From Naegleria gruberi (taxonomy: Eukaryota): a DNA stretch of 64,000 nucleotides. The stretch is from the NCBI GenBank assembly GCA_000004985.1, contig GG738849.1. One strand, given 5' to 3'. Every line of letters starts with the position of its first letter. Within the stretch, counting starts at the first letter, position 1. The notes under the pieces were generated by a model. That model was given only the letters and a program-made list of their open reading frames with translations. It did not search any database and was not told the DNA's origin. The translations under genes were made by a program, and so were the position numbers. This document shows, piece after piece, positions 54,870 through 64,000 of the stretch.

Positions 54870-57188
54870 ATGATGAATTCCCCTAGTAAAATTGAAGATA
54901 CACCTCCATCTACAAGATTGGACGGAACAGACATCAAATTAGAGCCTTTACATCTTTCTTCGACAGAGGAGAATGATGTTTCATCCCAATCCTCTCAGTT
55001 GACAACAAATTCTGACCCTAATTCTATAACCTCTCCGACAACATCTAGTAGTGATTCCCTTCCATCTCCTACCACCTCTATAATTCCGACCATTATTCAT
55101 CAAACAATTCATCATCAATTTTTAGATATTCTACATTTGCCCGAAGAACTTCAAATTTATATTATTCAATTTTGCACACCTCTAGAGCGTTTTCAGGTTA
55201 TTTGCAGAATTTCTAAACACTTCTATAATCTTATTTTCTCCCATAAAGGTTGGAGTTGTGTTGTTGGTTCCATGACCTCTCCTCACATCAAGGACATTTC
55301 AAGTTGCATTTTCGATTGTGCTTGGTTTTCGAAAAAGAAAAAACTTCACACCCTTGCTGTAGGTCTCTCTAGTAGTACAAGTGGTGAAGTCACTGCCTCA
55401 GCAAGTGTAGGTAGAAGGAGGAGAGCCATTCTTCAAGCAAGACTTCCATCCAACAATGGTGATGGTGAACAACAAGAAATTGTCATTAATAAGGACAAAT
55501 CCGACGAAACAATTGAAAATTTATTTAGCAAATGCAATTTTGAACACATTGAAGTGAATTGCTCGACAGTACCTAGCACTAGACTTTTGCTAAGCTATGC
55601 AAAAGAATACTGTAAATATTTAAAAACATTGATATTTGGTTACAATTACCACGTAGATATTAAGGATTTAATAGAGAACATCTTGATTCCATTTTCTAAT
55701 CAATTGGAAAATTTACATTTTAGCTTTCAATGGGATTCTTCAATCATTTACAATGGTCAGGACACCTTAAAACCAACAAGCTCTCCTGTTCAAGACCTAA
55801 ACGTGAAACCTCAACTCTTATTCTCTCCAAAGGGCATTCCATTCTTTGCATCTCCTCAATCCAAAAAAACGGAAGAAAAGCCAAAACCGGCCACTATTAG
55901 TCAATTACCAATTGTGGACTGCTTTACTCCTTCTTTCGAGTTGACCAAACTTAAAATACTGGATATTTTTATTGGCAACTCTTCTGCCATAGCCAAGCAG
56001 TTCTTTATCAAAGTATGCCAATCCTCTCCTAACTTGAGAGTTTGTAAATTGAAAGGAGACATTCAAATAGAAATGCTATTATCCCTTTCTAAATTTTGTA
56101 GATATTTGGAAGTTTTAATTCTGTACAATACCGGTAAAGAGAAGTTAACAGATGAGTCAATAAGTGACATGTTAAAAATTGGAGGGGCTTTCAACATGTC
56201 ATTACGAGTTTTATCCCTGTCATGTCCTTCATTAACACTCAGATCTATTGCACTGATAACAAAGTTTTGTAAAAATTTACAATACTTTGCCATATCAAGT
56301 CTAGATATTAAGAGGGAATCAAATAATGACTATATGACTTTCCACAAACTCGAGCAACTTAAAGTCCTTAAAGTCAAAGATGAAATGAATCATGCAAACT
56401 GGCTATCAGACAGACTACTAAAATGTCTATCAAGTGACATTGAATATATTCAGGTACCTGTACCAACTGATGAATCAGATGTTACATTCACTCTTTCAAG
56501 TGAAGAGATTTCCTTTAAAAAACTCAAAAATTTGAGGCTAACACAGATTAATTCAGAAACTTTTCCAAATTTTTTCCTGGGAGGATGTGCCAACAATCTT
56601 CAAGAGCTCTATTTGGAGTTTGATAATACTCAATGTAGCATGTTGAATCAATTGAAATTATTTGTTCCACAACTGGTAAATTTGACCACACTCACCTTGG
56701 AAATGTCAGAATTTGATTCCACTCTTTTCACCATACTATCACACCTTCCCAACTTACGTAGGCTTTACATAAAGACTCGAGGAAATATTGAAAAGTATGA
56801 AGCTGAAAATGGATGGAAACTCAAAAGATTAATGAATTTGGATACCCTTGTAATTAATAGTGCTTCAATATCCCAATTTTTCACAGAAGATTTTATCATT
56901 TCTCTTAACAATCTAGTAATGATTTGGCTTGCTTGTCCAGTAAATTGCAAGGCAATCATTGATCATGAAGAATTATCTGAAGAGGATAAGCTGAATATTT
57001 CAGTGGAAAATGTCATTAGATGTTGTGACCAGTATATTCACGATCATTTCGATGAATTATCTCAAGAGGAAAAATTGGAAATGAAGAAGGAAATCAAACA
57101 CAGACTAATGGGTGACACTCAATACGAATACAAGTTTATTAGTCCTAAACCTAATATACTAATGCAAAAACATTTTTGCACATTTTAA
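54870..57188 (+). CDS. F-box / leucine-rich-repeat protein
   Basis: S/T-rich N-terminus, then an F-box (LHLPEELQIYIIQFCTPLERFQVICRISKHFYNLIF), followed by LRR-like segments (LKILDIF..., LRVLSLSCPSL..., LQELYLEF...) through 772 aa. Confidence 0.7.
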   Translation: MMNSPSKIEDTPPSTRLDGTDIKLEPLHLSSTEENDVSSQSSQLTTNSDPNSITSPTTSSSDSLPSPTTSIIPTIIHQTIHHQFLDILHLPEELQIYIIQFCTPLERFQVICRISKHFYNLIFSHKGWSCVVGSMTSPHIKDISSCIFDCAWFSKKKKLHTLAVGLSSSTSGEVTASASVGRRRRAILQARLPSNNGDGEQQEIVINKDKSDETIENLFSKCNFEHIEVNCSTVPSTRLLLSYAKEYCKYLKTLIFGYNYHVDIKDLIENILIPFSNQLENLHFSFQWDSSIIYNGQDTLKPTSSPVQDLNVKPQLLFSPKGIPFFASPQSKKTEEKPKPATISQLPIVDCFTPSFELTKLKILDIFIGNSSAIAKQFFIKVCQSSPNLRVCKLKGDIQIEMLLSLSKFCRYLEVLILYNTGKEKLTDESISDMLKIGGAFNMSLRVLSLSCPSLTLRSIALITKFCKNLQYFAISSLDIKRESNNDYMTFHKLEQLKVLKVKDEMNHANWLSDRLLKCLSSDIEYIQVPVPTDESDVTFTLSSEEISFKKLKNLRLTQINSETFPNFFLGGCANNLQELYLEFDNTQCSMLNQLKLFVPQLVNLTTLTLEMSEFDSTLFTILSHLPNLRRLYIKTRGNIEKYEAENGWKLKRLMNLDTLVINSASISQFFTEDFIISLNNLVMIWLACPVNCKAIIDHEELSEEDKLNISVENVIRCCDQYIHDHFDELSQEEKLEMKKEIKHRLMGDTQYEYKFISPKPNILMQKHFCTF

Positions 57189-57251
57189 TAAAGGATTGAG
57201 TGTTCTTTCAATGCTTTGTAAACAATAATTGCCAAATTTAAACAAAAAAAA

Positions 57252-58482
57252 ATGTCTTCAAGCACCGAACCAACAACATCTTCATCAAACTCGGAACAAT
57301 CACTGTATGCAAATTCTGTTAATGATGACAATAATGCATATAAAAGAGTGGAAAAAAGCTATAGAAAACACTTTGTTCCAAACAAGCATGGGAAAATGGT
57401 TGGTAGGTTTATTTGGAATAGTTTCGGTTGTAACACAAATAGAGGCCGATTATCCAGACACAACTAATGTGATTGATTTTCATAATTTGGAAAATAATAC
57501 CCCTGAAAATTTACAAGTTTTGGAACAAGTACAACTTCCTAGTACTGAAATGGATATGAAACATTTTGAAACGGCTTTGGAAAAGTATAATAATTATTTT
57601 GCTAATGATGAACATTTAAAGTCAACCATGTCATTTACAAAGGAAGAACTTTTAAGCAAAAAGATTTATACCTTTAAAGGATATCCTGGTTTTTATGTTA
57701 TTAAAGATTTAATGACACCAGAAAAACAAATCTATTGGATAAAGCAAGCACTAGAAACCTATCCAAATCCACCAAATATTACCAATCACACAATGAAAAA
57801 CGGAGAAATCTTGGATATTTTCAAGAGAAGTGTTGAAGGGGATGAATCTGCAAAGAACTATCTTAAAAAATTGGCTTGGTGCACTCTTGGATATCAATAT
57901 GAGGTGAGTTTTTGGATGATTTTCAAAAATTTACAAGTTGGATTTGTTAAAACAATTTAGTGGACTACAAGAAAATATCACAAGGATAAATTTGTTCAAT
58001 TCCCACATGATATTGGAAATTTCTGTGACCTCATTGCTTGCCAATGTAATTATGGCCCATACAAGCCAGAGGCAGCCATTGTCAATTTCTACTCAAAGGA
58101 CAGACTTATGGGAGGTCATGTTGATGATGCTGAATATGAAATGACCAAACCAATCATCAGTTTGAGTATTGGATCAAAATCAATTTTTTTGCTTGGAGGT
58201 GAAACAAGAGATACTGAACCAAAGGCTATTTTCTTGGAATCTGGTGATTGTATGATTATGGGAGGAAGAGCAAGATATTGCTTCCATGGTATTGCTAGAA
58301 TTCTCAAAGATACTATTCCAGAATATCTTCAAACTAAGTTCGTCGATCCAAAATATAAAATCTATGCTGAATATATGGAAAGAGACATGATGAGAATTAA
58401 TATTAATGCAAGACAAGTTTTTGTCGATGAAGAACAGAAGCAAGATTTTGATACTAATGGTCCTGTAACATCATCTCAATAA
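57252..58482 (+). CDS. ALKBH1-type Fe(II)/2-oxoglutarate dioxygenase (AlkB homolog 1); three exons (57252..57402, 57443..57903, 57961..58482)
   Basis: NAYKRVEKSYRK...VIDFHNLEN..., YTFKGYPGFYVIKDLMTPEKQIYWIKQALETYPNPPNITNH, KLAWCTLGYQYE|WTTRKY...GGHVDDAEYEMTKPIISLSIGSKSIFLLGGETRDTEPKAIFLESGDCMIMGGRARYCFHGIARI all align with human ALKBH1. Intron 1 is 40 nt (GTAGGT...TGTAACAC...AAATAG) and switches the frame from 0 to 1. Intron 2 is 57 nt (GTGAGT...TTTAG). Confidence 0.8.
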
Positions 58483-58500
58483 ATTTTTCAAAGTTTGTTT

Positions 58501-58532
58501 TTTGCCGCCAATTTTTAATAAGCGCCAAAACC
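58501..58532. promoter_or_regulatory. Two E2F-like half sites: TTTGCCGCCAA and AAGCGCCAAAAC
   Basis: 30-60 nt upstream of the ATG at 58562. Confidence 0.4.
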
Positions 58533-58561
58533 AACCGTATTACATTTTAGAATCAAAAAAA

Positions 58562-60316
58562 ATGTATTCCGTTCATCGTCACAGAAAGATGCTTGATGAT
58601 GCTCGAAATAAGGAGGAGCAGAGCAAGGTTATCATGAGAAATCCATCACCCAAGAAATCATTGTTTTCTCCTCCTCCTATTTATGCCCAAGATAAGTTTA
58701 AGGAACCTCCAACAAGTTTGAGGAATCAGCTTCCCGAGGAAACACCAAGAAATTACATTTTGGAAGATTTTAAAAAATCGTTCAAAGTACCTCCGAGGAC
58801 ACCACTTGCTGACACTCAGCACTTTATCCTCAACAAGTATAAAAACATTCATAGATCTAAATTTTCGGAAAATCATGACACTTTAACCAATGATATGCTC
58901 AATGCTGCAGAAACTGTAAGCAGGGTTTTGGAACAGTGTGATCCCGATGATGAAAAATATAATATTAGAATACTTTTGGAGGAATTGAATAGACTTGATA
59001 TTCAACAAAAGAAAAGGAAAAGTCTTGTTCCAATGAATCCAATATCCTACACTAAAAAGGAAAATAAGAAAAACATGGAATCAACAACACGAGAAAATCT
59101 AGAGTATTCTTCATATTCTCCTGCAAATAGGAATTTGGAATCTTTTAGTAGCTTTTCAATGAAAAGACCAGGCTCTGCCCCGAGTTGTAGACAACATTCA
59201 GTAGCCAGTGTACCAGTATCAGTTTCGAGAACATTGATAAGTAATAACTCTCAATACTTGTCATCTGTAATGCCTTCGAAATGTGTAAATAATTTTGTGG
59301 CAAATAGGCCAAGCTCAGCATCAAGACCGAGTTCTGCCAAACGTCCATCTAGTGTAGCCCATGTAAGGTACCTTACTGAAGGAAGAGTACCCCCAACTGA
59401 CATTTGGGATTGTGAAGAAGAGAAAAATGCAAAAGAACAACAATTGAACGAAATGTTGTACGATCTAGTTTGTGAGTATCACTATCTTAAAGAGAAGGGA
59501 AAGGAAGAAACTGAGAAGGAAAAGAAAGAATACCAAGAAATGAAAATTAACTTTCAACGAATTTATCCACTCATTAAGAAACATTTCCAAACCTATTTTG
59601 CATCGAGGAAGGAAATTAAGTGGAACGATCAAAAAGTAATACAACTTAACAAGGATATTGAAGATATAGCTCTTGAGGAGCAAATTAGAGATAGAGTTGA
59701 ACAAGAACATATGGATTTTCTAACTAAAAAGCTCAAAGTCAACCAGATTAGAAAATCCTTCAAAGCTCAAAGACAGCACAACTTTTTAAAGAGAGTAGTT
59801 GTTAATGATCCTAGAGCCTTGTCTCAACTGCAGAGATTGTGTACAGATGAGAGTCTTGATGAAGCTTTGAATGAGGAGGTAGAAGACTGGGAAAACGCAG
59901 ACTATTACGATATGAATGATTATGGGAGACCTTCATTTGAGATACCCAAAATTGATCTTACAAAAACAAAGAAAAAGTCTGTCGATCTTACCTCAGTTGG
60001 TGGGCAGACTGCAAGGGTTGGTACCCCGACTATTACGACCAATGACAGAAATGCTCATCTGAAATACATGAGACTAATGACACCAGAAGCAACTCAAACT
60101 TTGAGAAATAGTGCAACTCCTGATGCTTCTACCTATAGACCATCATCCAGACCTCTCAGTTTAAAACGTCCATCATCTAGCCAAAAGCAAAGAACCCCTC
60201 CTGGATTTGAGGAATTGGACAAACGAACTGAGATTTCAATGAAAAATCCGTTGAACGAAATTCATGATTTTGAAAAGAGAATGGTAGAGGCAAAAAAGAA
60301 GAATTCCAAGTGGTGA
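58562..60316 (+). CDS. Unknown basic/Ser-rich protein with RPSSA/KRPSS repeats and a central coiled coil
   Basis: 584 aa from aaaaaaaATG at 58562. Repeated NRPSSASRPSSAKRPSSVA and SSRPLSLKRPSSSQ motifs (basophilic kinase-site-like). E/K-rich helical middle. E2F-like TTTGCCGCCAA / AAGCGCCAAAAC elements lie 30-60 nt upstream. Confidence 0.5.
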   Translation: MYSVHRHRKMLDDARNKEEQSKVIMRNPSPKKSLFSPPPIYAQDKFKEPPTSLRNQLPEETPRNYILEDFKKSFKVPPRTPLADTQHFILNKYKNIHRSKFSENHDTLTNDMLNAAETVSRVLEQCDPDDEKYNIRILLEELNRLDIQQKKRKSLVPMNPISYTKKENKKNMESTTRENLEYSSYSPANRNLESFSSFSMKRPGSAPSCRQHSVASVPVSVSRTLISNNSQYLSSVMPSKCVNNFVANRPSSASRPSSAKRPSSVAHVRYLTEGRVPPTDIWDCEEEKNAKEQQLNEMLYDLVCEYHYLKEKGKEETEKEKKEYQEMKINFQRIYPLIKKHFQTYFASRKEIKWNDQKVIQLNKDIEDIALEEQIRDRVEQEHMDFLTKKLKVNQIRKSFKAQRQHNFLKRVVVNDPRALSQLQRLCTDESLDEALNEEVEDWENADYYDMNDYGRPSFEIPKIDLTKTKKKSVDLTSVGGQTARVGTPTITTNDRNAHLKYMRLMTPEATQTLRNSATPDASTYRPSSRPLSLKRPSSSQKQRTPPGFEELDKRTEISMKNPLNEIHDFEKRMVEAKKKNSKW

Positions 60317-61009
60317 ATAAGTTGTTAGGAATGAATTATGATGTGGAAATATTTGGAAATGATGGAACAGGTTCTGAAAGTGAATTAACTCTACCAGAGG
60401 AGTTTTTTAATAATAATTGAAGATCCAACAATATTTATTTAGTCAGTAAAGATGTTCAGGTTATGTTCATCCATTGCAACTAAAAACATTAGTGATTGTC
60501 ATGATATTTCAAAAAATCTTATTACTCGAGTTTTACAAAGATTTCTAGTTATTAAACAACACGTTTTAATTGCCAATTTTCAAAGATATTGAATTCCTTT
60601 TTAATACTAAACCAAACTTCCATTAGAAAATTGTGAAATACATTGATGCAAAACACTTAAGGAACTCTCCAAATGACAAGTCCTTTTATGTACCTTTTGT
60701 CGCTGAGGTCCAAATTAATAGTTTGTATCGGCTTCATAAAAATCGCTTTCTTGAAAAATCCAACAGAAAAAAAAATTGATCTACTTGCAACAGTACAACC
60801 ACCAACAACATAAACAACAACTACGGAAACAACAACCCGAGAGGACTTTGAAGATTTGAATTTTCATCATCACTTATTCCGTGTGTGTGCTTTTGTGTAG
60901 ATCGACATTTCTGCTTCATTTGCCACATTATTTGTATATAAGCCTTCATATATTTTCATCAATCCAGTAAATAATAATAATAATACAACAGAAATTGACC
61001 CAATTTAAA

Positions 61010-62614
61010 ATGCAAAAGGAATCATCAACAGCAATCTACTCTAATATTGGTGGAGCAATGAAGAGACCACTCAGTAAACAACAATTACAACCACTGCGCT
61101 ACCAAGAAGAACCTCTACTCTCCCTTCTTTCATTCTCCCATCAACAACATTCTGATCTTTTACCACCTCCCCAAATCAAGAGAGTTAAATCAAGCTCTCA
61201 CCTTACTCCATTTTACCTCTCCGAGACCTTTTCCTTTACCCCAGTTTTGACCACTCCGCCAACTCCAATCACTAACATCCCTACTAACCAAACCAATTGT
61301 CAGGTTATTAATGCACTTACCTCTCACCCAATTGAAATTAGTGAATTTCAAAAACCATTATCTCCACATCACCACCAATTTTGCCCACACCACCATGATT
61401 TTATTATGAATAATAAGATTATGGACATGTCATCCGAGCCAACCATAGAAACAATTCTTAGCAGAATCAGATATAACAAGGAATTGAAGAGGCTTGTCTT
61501 GAATTTTGAAGGATTACACGTTTGTAAGAGAGAACATATTAGAAACGTTCGTGATAGCATTGAAGGTGTGGTACTGGCCTACCACCCAAATGAACCAGTC
61601 AAGGTTCAATGTATTGTAAACTATGACAATTACGTTATTGATGATCATCTTATGGATGAATATACCGAATCAGTTGTAGTATATCTACAAAAATATTATG
61701 ATAGTATTGAGCGATTCACTACAAACAACTTCCTTCAAGAGCAGGTTAAAAAGTTAGAAACGGCACTCACAAGATATAGGAAATCTTCCATCATATCTCC
61801 AAAAGTTAATGTTGGAAAGAGAATTGTAGGCTCTAGATATGTAATTCAAGACTTGTTGGGTGTTGGCACTTATGGTAGAGTTAGCTTGGCACAAGATAGA
61901 GAGAGTGGAGATCTAGTAGCTATTAAGGAACTCTCCAAACACAAGGTTAACTCTATTGGAATTATGGACTGGGTCAGAAGAGAAATCCAAATACTGAAAA
62001 CCCTTGGAAAACATCCACTTATTTGTACTTTATTTGATGTAATAGAAACAGAAGAAACAATATTCCTCATTATGGAATATGTAGAAAATGGTGCAATTGA
62101 AACTCCCTATGACGAACATCAACAATTCCCAGAAGAGACCTGTAGAAAATATTTCAAACAAATGACAGATGCTCTTGATTATATCCACAATGTACATAAC
62201 GTTTGTCATAGAGATTTTCAATTGTCCAATGTATGTCTAGATAAGAATAGTAATGTCAAGGTGTGTGACTTTGGCGTTGCTGACTTTTTTACCATGAAAG
62301 AAAAGTCTCACCAACTTTTTGTTGGCAATAGCAATTATAGTTCACCGGAAATGTTAATGAAAAAGCCATACTACGGTCCTGAAATTGATGTCTACATGCT
62401 TGGTGTCTGTTTGTACAAAATGATGACTGGCTTTTTACCTTTCAGAAATGCACAAGCTAAATTGATGGGTTGCATGACTGTTCCTCTCGAAGAAGAGGAA
62501 GATATGAGTGATGACGCTAAAGATTTAATAAGAAAGTTATTGGAACCAGAGCCTGAAAAGAGAATCACTATTCGTCAAATTAAGCAACATCCATTTTATT
62601 TGCGTTCTGAATAA
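61010..62614 (+). CDS. Ser/Thr protein kinase (CAMK-like catalytic domain at the C-terminus) with a 270-aa N-terminal extension and an atypical catalytic loop HRDFQLSN
   Basis: GVGTYGRV, VAIKEL, HRDFQLSNVCLD, VCDFGVA and YSSPEML kinase subdomains are present. Gln replaces the usual Lys of HRDLKxxN. Confidence 0.8.
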   Translation: MQKESSTAIYSNIGGAMKRPLSKQQLQPLRYQEEPLLSLLSFSHQQHSDLLPPPQIKRVKSSSHLTPFYLSETFSFTPVLTTPPTPITNIPTNQTNCQVINALTSHPIEISEFQKPLSPHHHQFCPHHHDFIMNNKIMDMSSEPTIETILSRIRYNKELKRLVLNFEGLHVCKREHIRNVRDSIEGVVLAYHPNEPVKVQCIVNYDNYVIDDHLMDEYTESVVVYLQKYYDSIERFTTNNFLQEQVKKLETALTRYRKSSIISPKVNVGKRIVGSRYVIQDLLGVGTYGRVSLAQDRESGDLVAIKELSKHKVNSIGIMDWVRREIQILKTLGKHPLICTLFDVIETEETIFLIMEYVENGAIETPYDEHQQFPEETCRKYFKQMTDALDYIHNVHNVCHRDFQLSNVCLDKNSNVKVCDFGVADFFTMKEKSHQLFVGNSNYSSPEMLMKKPYYGPEIDVYMLGVCLYKMMTGFLPFRNAQAKLMGCMTVPLEEEEDMSDDAKDLIRKLLEPEPEKRITIRQIKQHPFYLRSE

Positions 62615-62695
62615 AAAAGTTCAAATCTTAAAATTTCTAAAGGAGTCTTTGCAAATTGGATTTACTTTAACAAGGTTCTTCTGAATCTGGTGAAA

Positions 62696-64000
62696 CTAAT
62701 TTTTTTTAATAGTTTTCTTGATAGTTGTAAGAGTGGAAAGTATGGAATCAAAACTTGGTCTAATTTCAGGTTCCGACCAGCACTTTTTCATCAACAATAC
62801 AAACAAGAAAATAACAGAGGAAAGTGCTTCTGGTTTGACACCTTCTTTTTCTGGGTTGTGATAAATACTTATCCATCTCTTACATTGATCTCTATTATTG
62901 AAAGGAATGAGTGGTCTAATTCCATGAATGATATATCTGGCTAGCTCTGTACCATTTCTATTGTTGAGTAATGAATAAATCTTCAAATCCTCTGATTGAT
63001 TGCTATCAGAATCGGTGAAATAGCTTGGATCTACACGTTTAGATATTGAGTATGGAACAGTTTCGAATAGAATTTCATACATGATAATTGCAAAACTGAA
63101 AACATCAATTTTTGCATCAATTGGAAGACCTTGCAATACTTCAGGGCTAGACCACAAGAGTGTACCAACATTGCCAACCAATTCATCAGATGTATTCTCC
63201 ATCGATGAAGTACTGAGACCAAAATCACAAACCTTACATTCACCATTCGATCCAATCAAGACATTACCTGGTTTCAAATCTCTGTGAATAATTGATGAGG
63301 AATGCAAATAGGCCATACCCTTACAAATATCCATCATGATTGAAACTTTTTGTTTGAATTTGAGCATAATCTTTCCCTTGACTGCATTGGAAATTAATCC
63401 ATCCAAGGAGCCACTTGGCATCCATTCAGTAACAAGGAATTTCTCTCTCTCGGTTACACTCACTCCAAAGAATGCTACTATATTAGGATGTCTGAGTTGA
63501 CTGAGCAAACTGGCCTCCTTTTCGAATGAGGTATCATCACTGCTGTATTTCACCTTCTTTATGGCAACCTCAACACCTCTCCATTCTCCTTTAAATACTA
63601 CACCTCCACCTCCTTCTGCAACTCTTGTCAGGAACTTTAAATCCTCCATATGAATAATATAACTAACATCCTTAAATGTGATTGCATCGGAATTAATAAA
63701 TTGAAAGTCCAACAATCTCTTTTGTAATTCAATTTCATTCTTTTCCTTTGTTTTCAACAATTCGAGGTTTCTTCTCAATTTCAAAACACCCTTTGCGATA
63801 CCAATAGTAACTCCAAAACCAATTAACAAGGATAAAATAGATGCTGAAATAACAATAATTGCAATGAAAAGGTGAGTATTGTCAACGTTGCAATATTCTC
63901 CCATATTGGTCCACAAGTGATCTATATCTGTAGGACAACTACAAACAGTTGAAACCTTCTTGGAGCTATCGAATAGACATGTTCCCTCTCCTCCACACAA
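62696..64000 (-). CDS. Receptor-type TKL-family Ser/Thr kinase, 3' part only (N-terminus lies beyond the window end)
   Basis: The partial ORF encodes a Cys-rich ectodomain end (CGGEGTCLFDSSKKVSTVCSCP...EYCNVDNTH), the transmembrane segment LFIAIIVISASILSLLIGFGVTIGI, and a kinase domain (VAIKKV, HRDLKPGNVLI, VCDFGLS, GTLLWSSPEVL). Stop at 62696. Confidence 0.8.
   Translation of the reverse strand: MCGGEGTCLFDSSKKVSTVCSCPTDIDHLWTNMGEYCNVDNTHLFIAIIVISASILSLLIGFGVTIGIAKGVLKLRRNLELLKTKEKNEIELQKRLLDFQFINSDAITFKDVSYIIHMEDLKFLTRVAEGGGGVVFKGEWRGVEVAIKKVKYSSDDTSFEKEASLLSQLRHPNIVAFFGVSVTEREKFLVTEWMPSGSLDGLISNAVKGKIMLKFKQKVSIMMDICKGMAYLHSSSIIHRDLKPGNVLIGSNGECKVCDFGLSTSSMENTSDELVGNVGTLLWSSPEVLQGLPIDAKIDVFSFAIIMYEILFETVPYSISKRVDPSYFTDSDSNQSEDLKIYSLLNNRNGTELARYIIHGIRPLIPFNNRDQCKRWISIYHNPEKEGVKPEALSSVIFLFVLLMKKCWSEPEIRPSFDSILSTLTTIKKTIKKN

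Noticed and set aside
1-64000. tRNA, rRNA, CRISPR or transposon content
   Set aside because: I found no GTTCGAATC-type T-loop plus acceptor-stem pairs, no rDNA-like conservation, no direct-repeat arrays, and no reverse-transcriptase, transposase or integrase ORFs. Nothing supportable.
1-64000. Ciliate or other variant genetic code (TAA/TAG = Gln, TGA = Cys/Trp)
   Set aside because: Conserved proteins (eRF1, importin-9, PIG-M, GH47) terminate at TAA/TAG/TGA exactly where orthologs end, and 3-4 kb ORFs contain none of these codons in frame.

Overview
This is a gene-dense, AT-rich window (roughly two-thirds A+T by eye) from a eukaryotic nuclear genome; I count about 32 protein-coding genes in 64 kb on both strands. 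Start codons usually sit in an A-rich context (aaaaaaaATG). Most genes are intronless; the introns I can support are 40-77 nt, with GTAAGT/GTATGT/GTAGGT/GTGAGT/GTTTGT donors, a CTAAY-like branch site about 8-15 nt from the 3' splice site, and YAG or occasionally AAG acceptors. TAA, TAG and TGA all terminate conserved ORFs, so the standard genetic code applies and ciliate-type codes can be excluded. The gene content is a mix of housekeeping and signalling genes. Housekeeping genes include eRF1, importin-9, SF3b5, Tim10, RBM25-like, Nse1-like, PIG-M, ALKBH1, GatC, a CASP golgin, DEPDC5/Iml1, a USP deubiquitinase and two GH47 alpha-1,2-mannosidases. Signalling genes include a PKA regulatory subunit with an RIIa docking domain, a receptor-type class III nucleotide-cyclase-like protein, a leucine-rich-repeat dual-specificity phosphatase (Dictyostelium MPL-like), a kinase-like domain fused to a CDKN3/KAP-like phosphatase domain, a receptor TKL kinase and an F-box/LRR protein. 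This points to a protist, with an amoebozoan- or heterolobosean-like signalling repertoire rather than a Dikarya yeast, although codon usage is yeast-like (TTG, AGA, GGT, CAA). I cannot name the species. The most notable observations are: (1) the single eRF1 gene is split between two frames exactly after its NIKS motif, at a TAA followed by C; (2) DEPDC5/Iml1 and a serine-rich coiled-coil gene show further frame breaks, and a third ORF also ends at TAA with +1 continuation, so the cause may be programmed +1 recoding, pseudogenisation or assembly indels; (3) two GH47 mannosidase paralogs lie in inverted orientation about 25 kb apart with mosaic near-identity, suggesting gene conversion; (4) palindromic TTTTGGCGCCAAAA (E2F-like) elements recur 50-100 bp upstream of several start codons; (5) the phosphatase domain fused to the kinase-like domain appears to carry Ser at the catalytic Cys position, and the cyclase-like receptor looks degenerate at a metal-binding site. 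Coordinates were derived by hand from the printed sequence and may be off by 1-2 nt.
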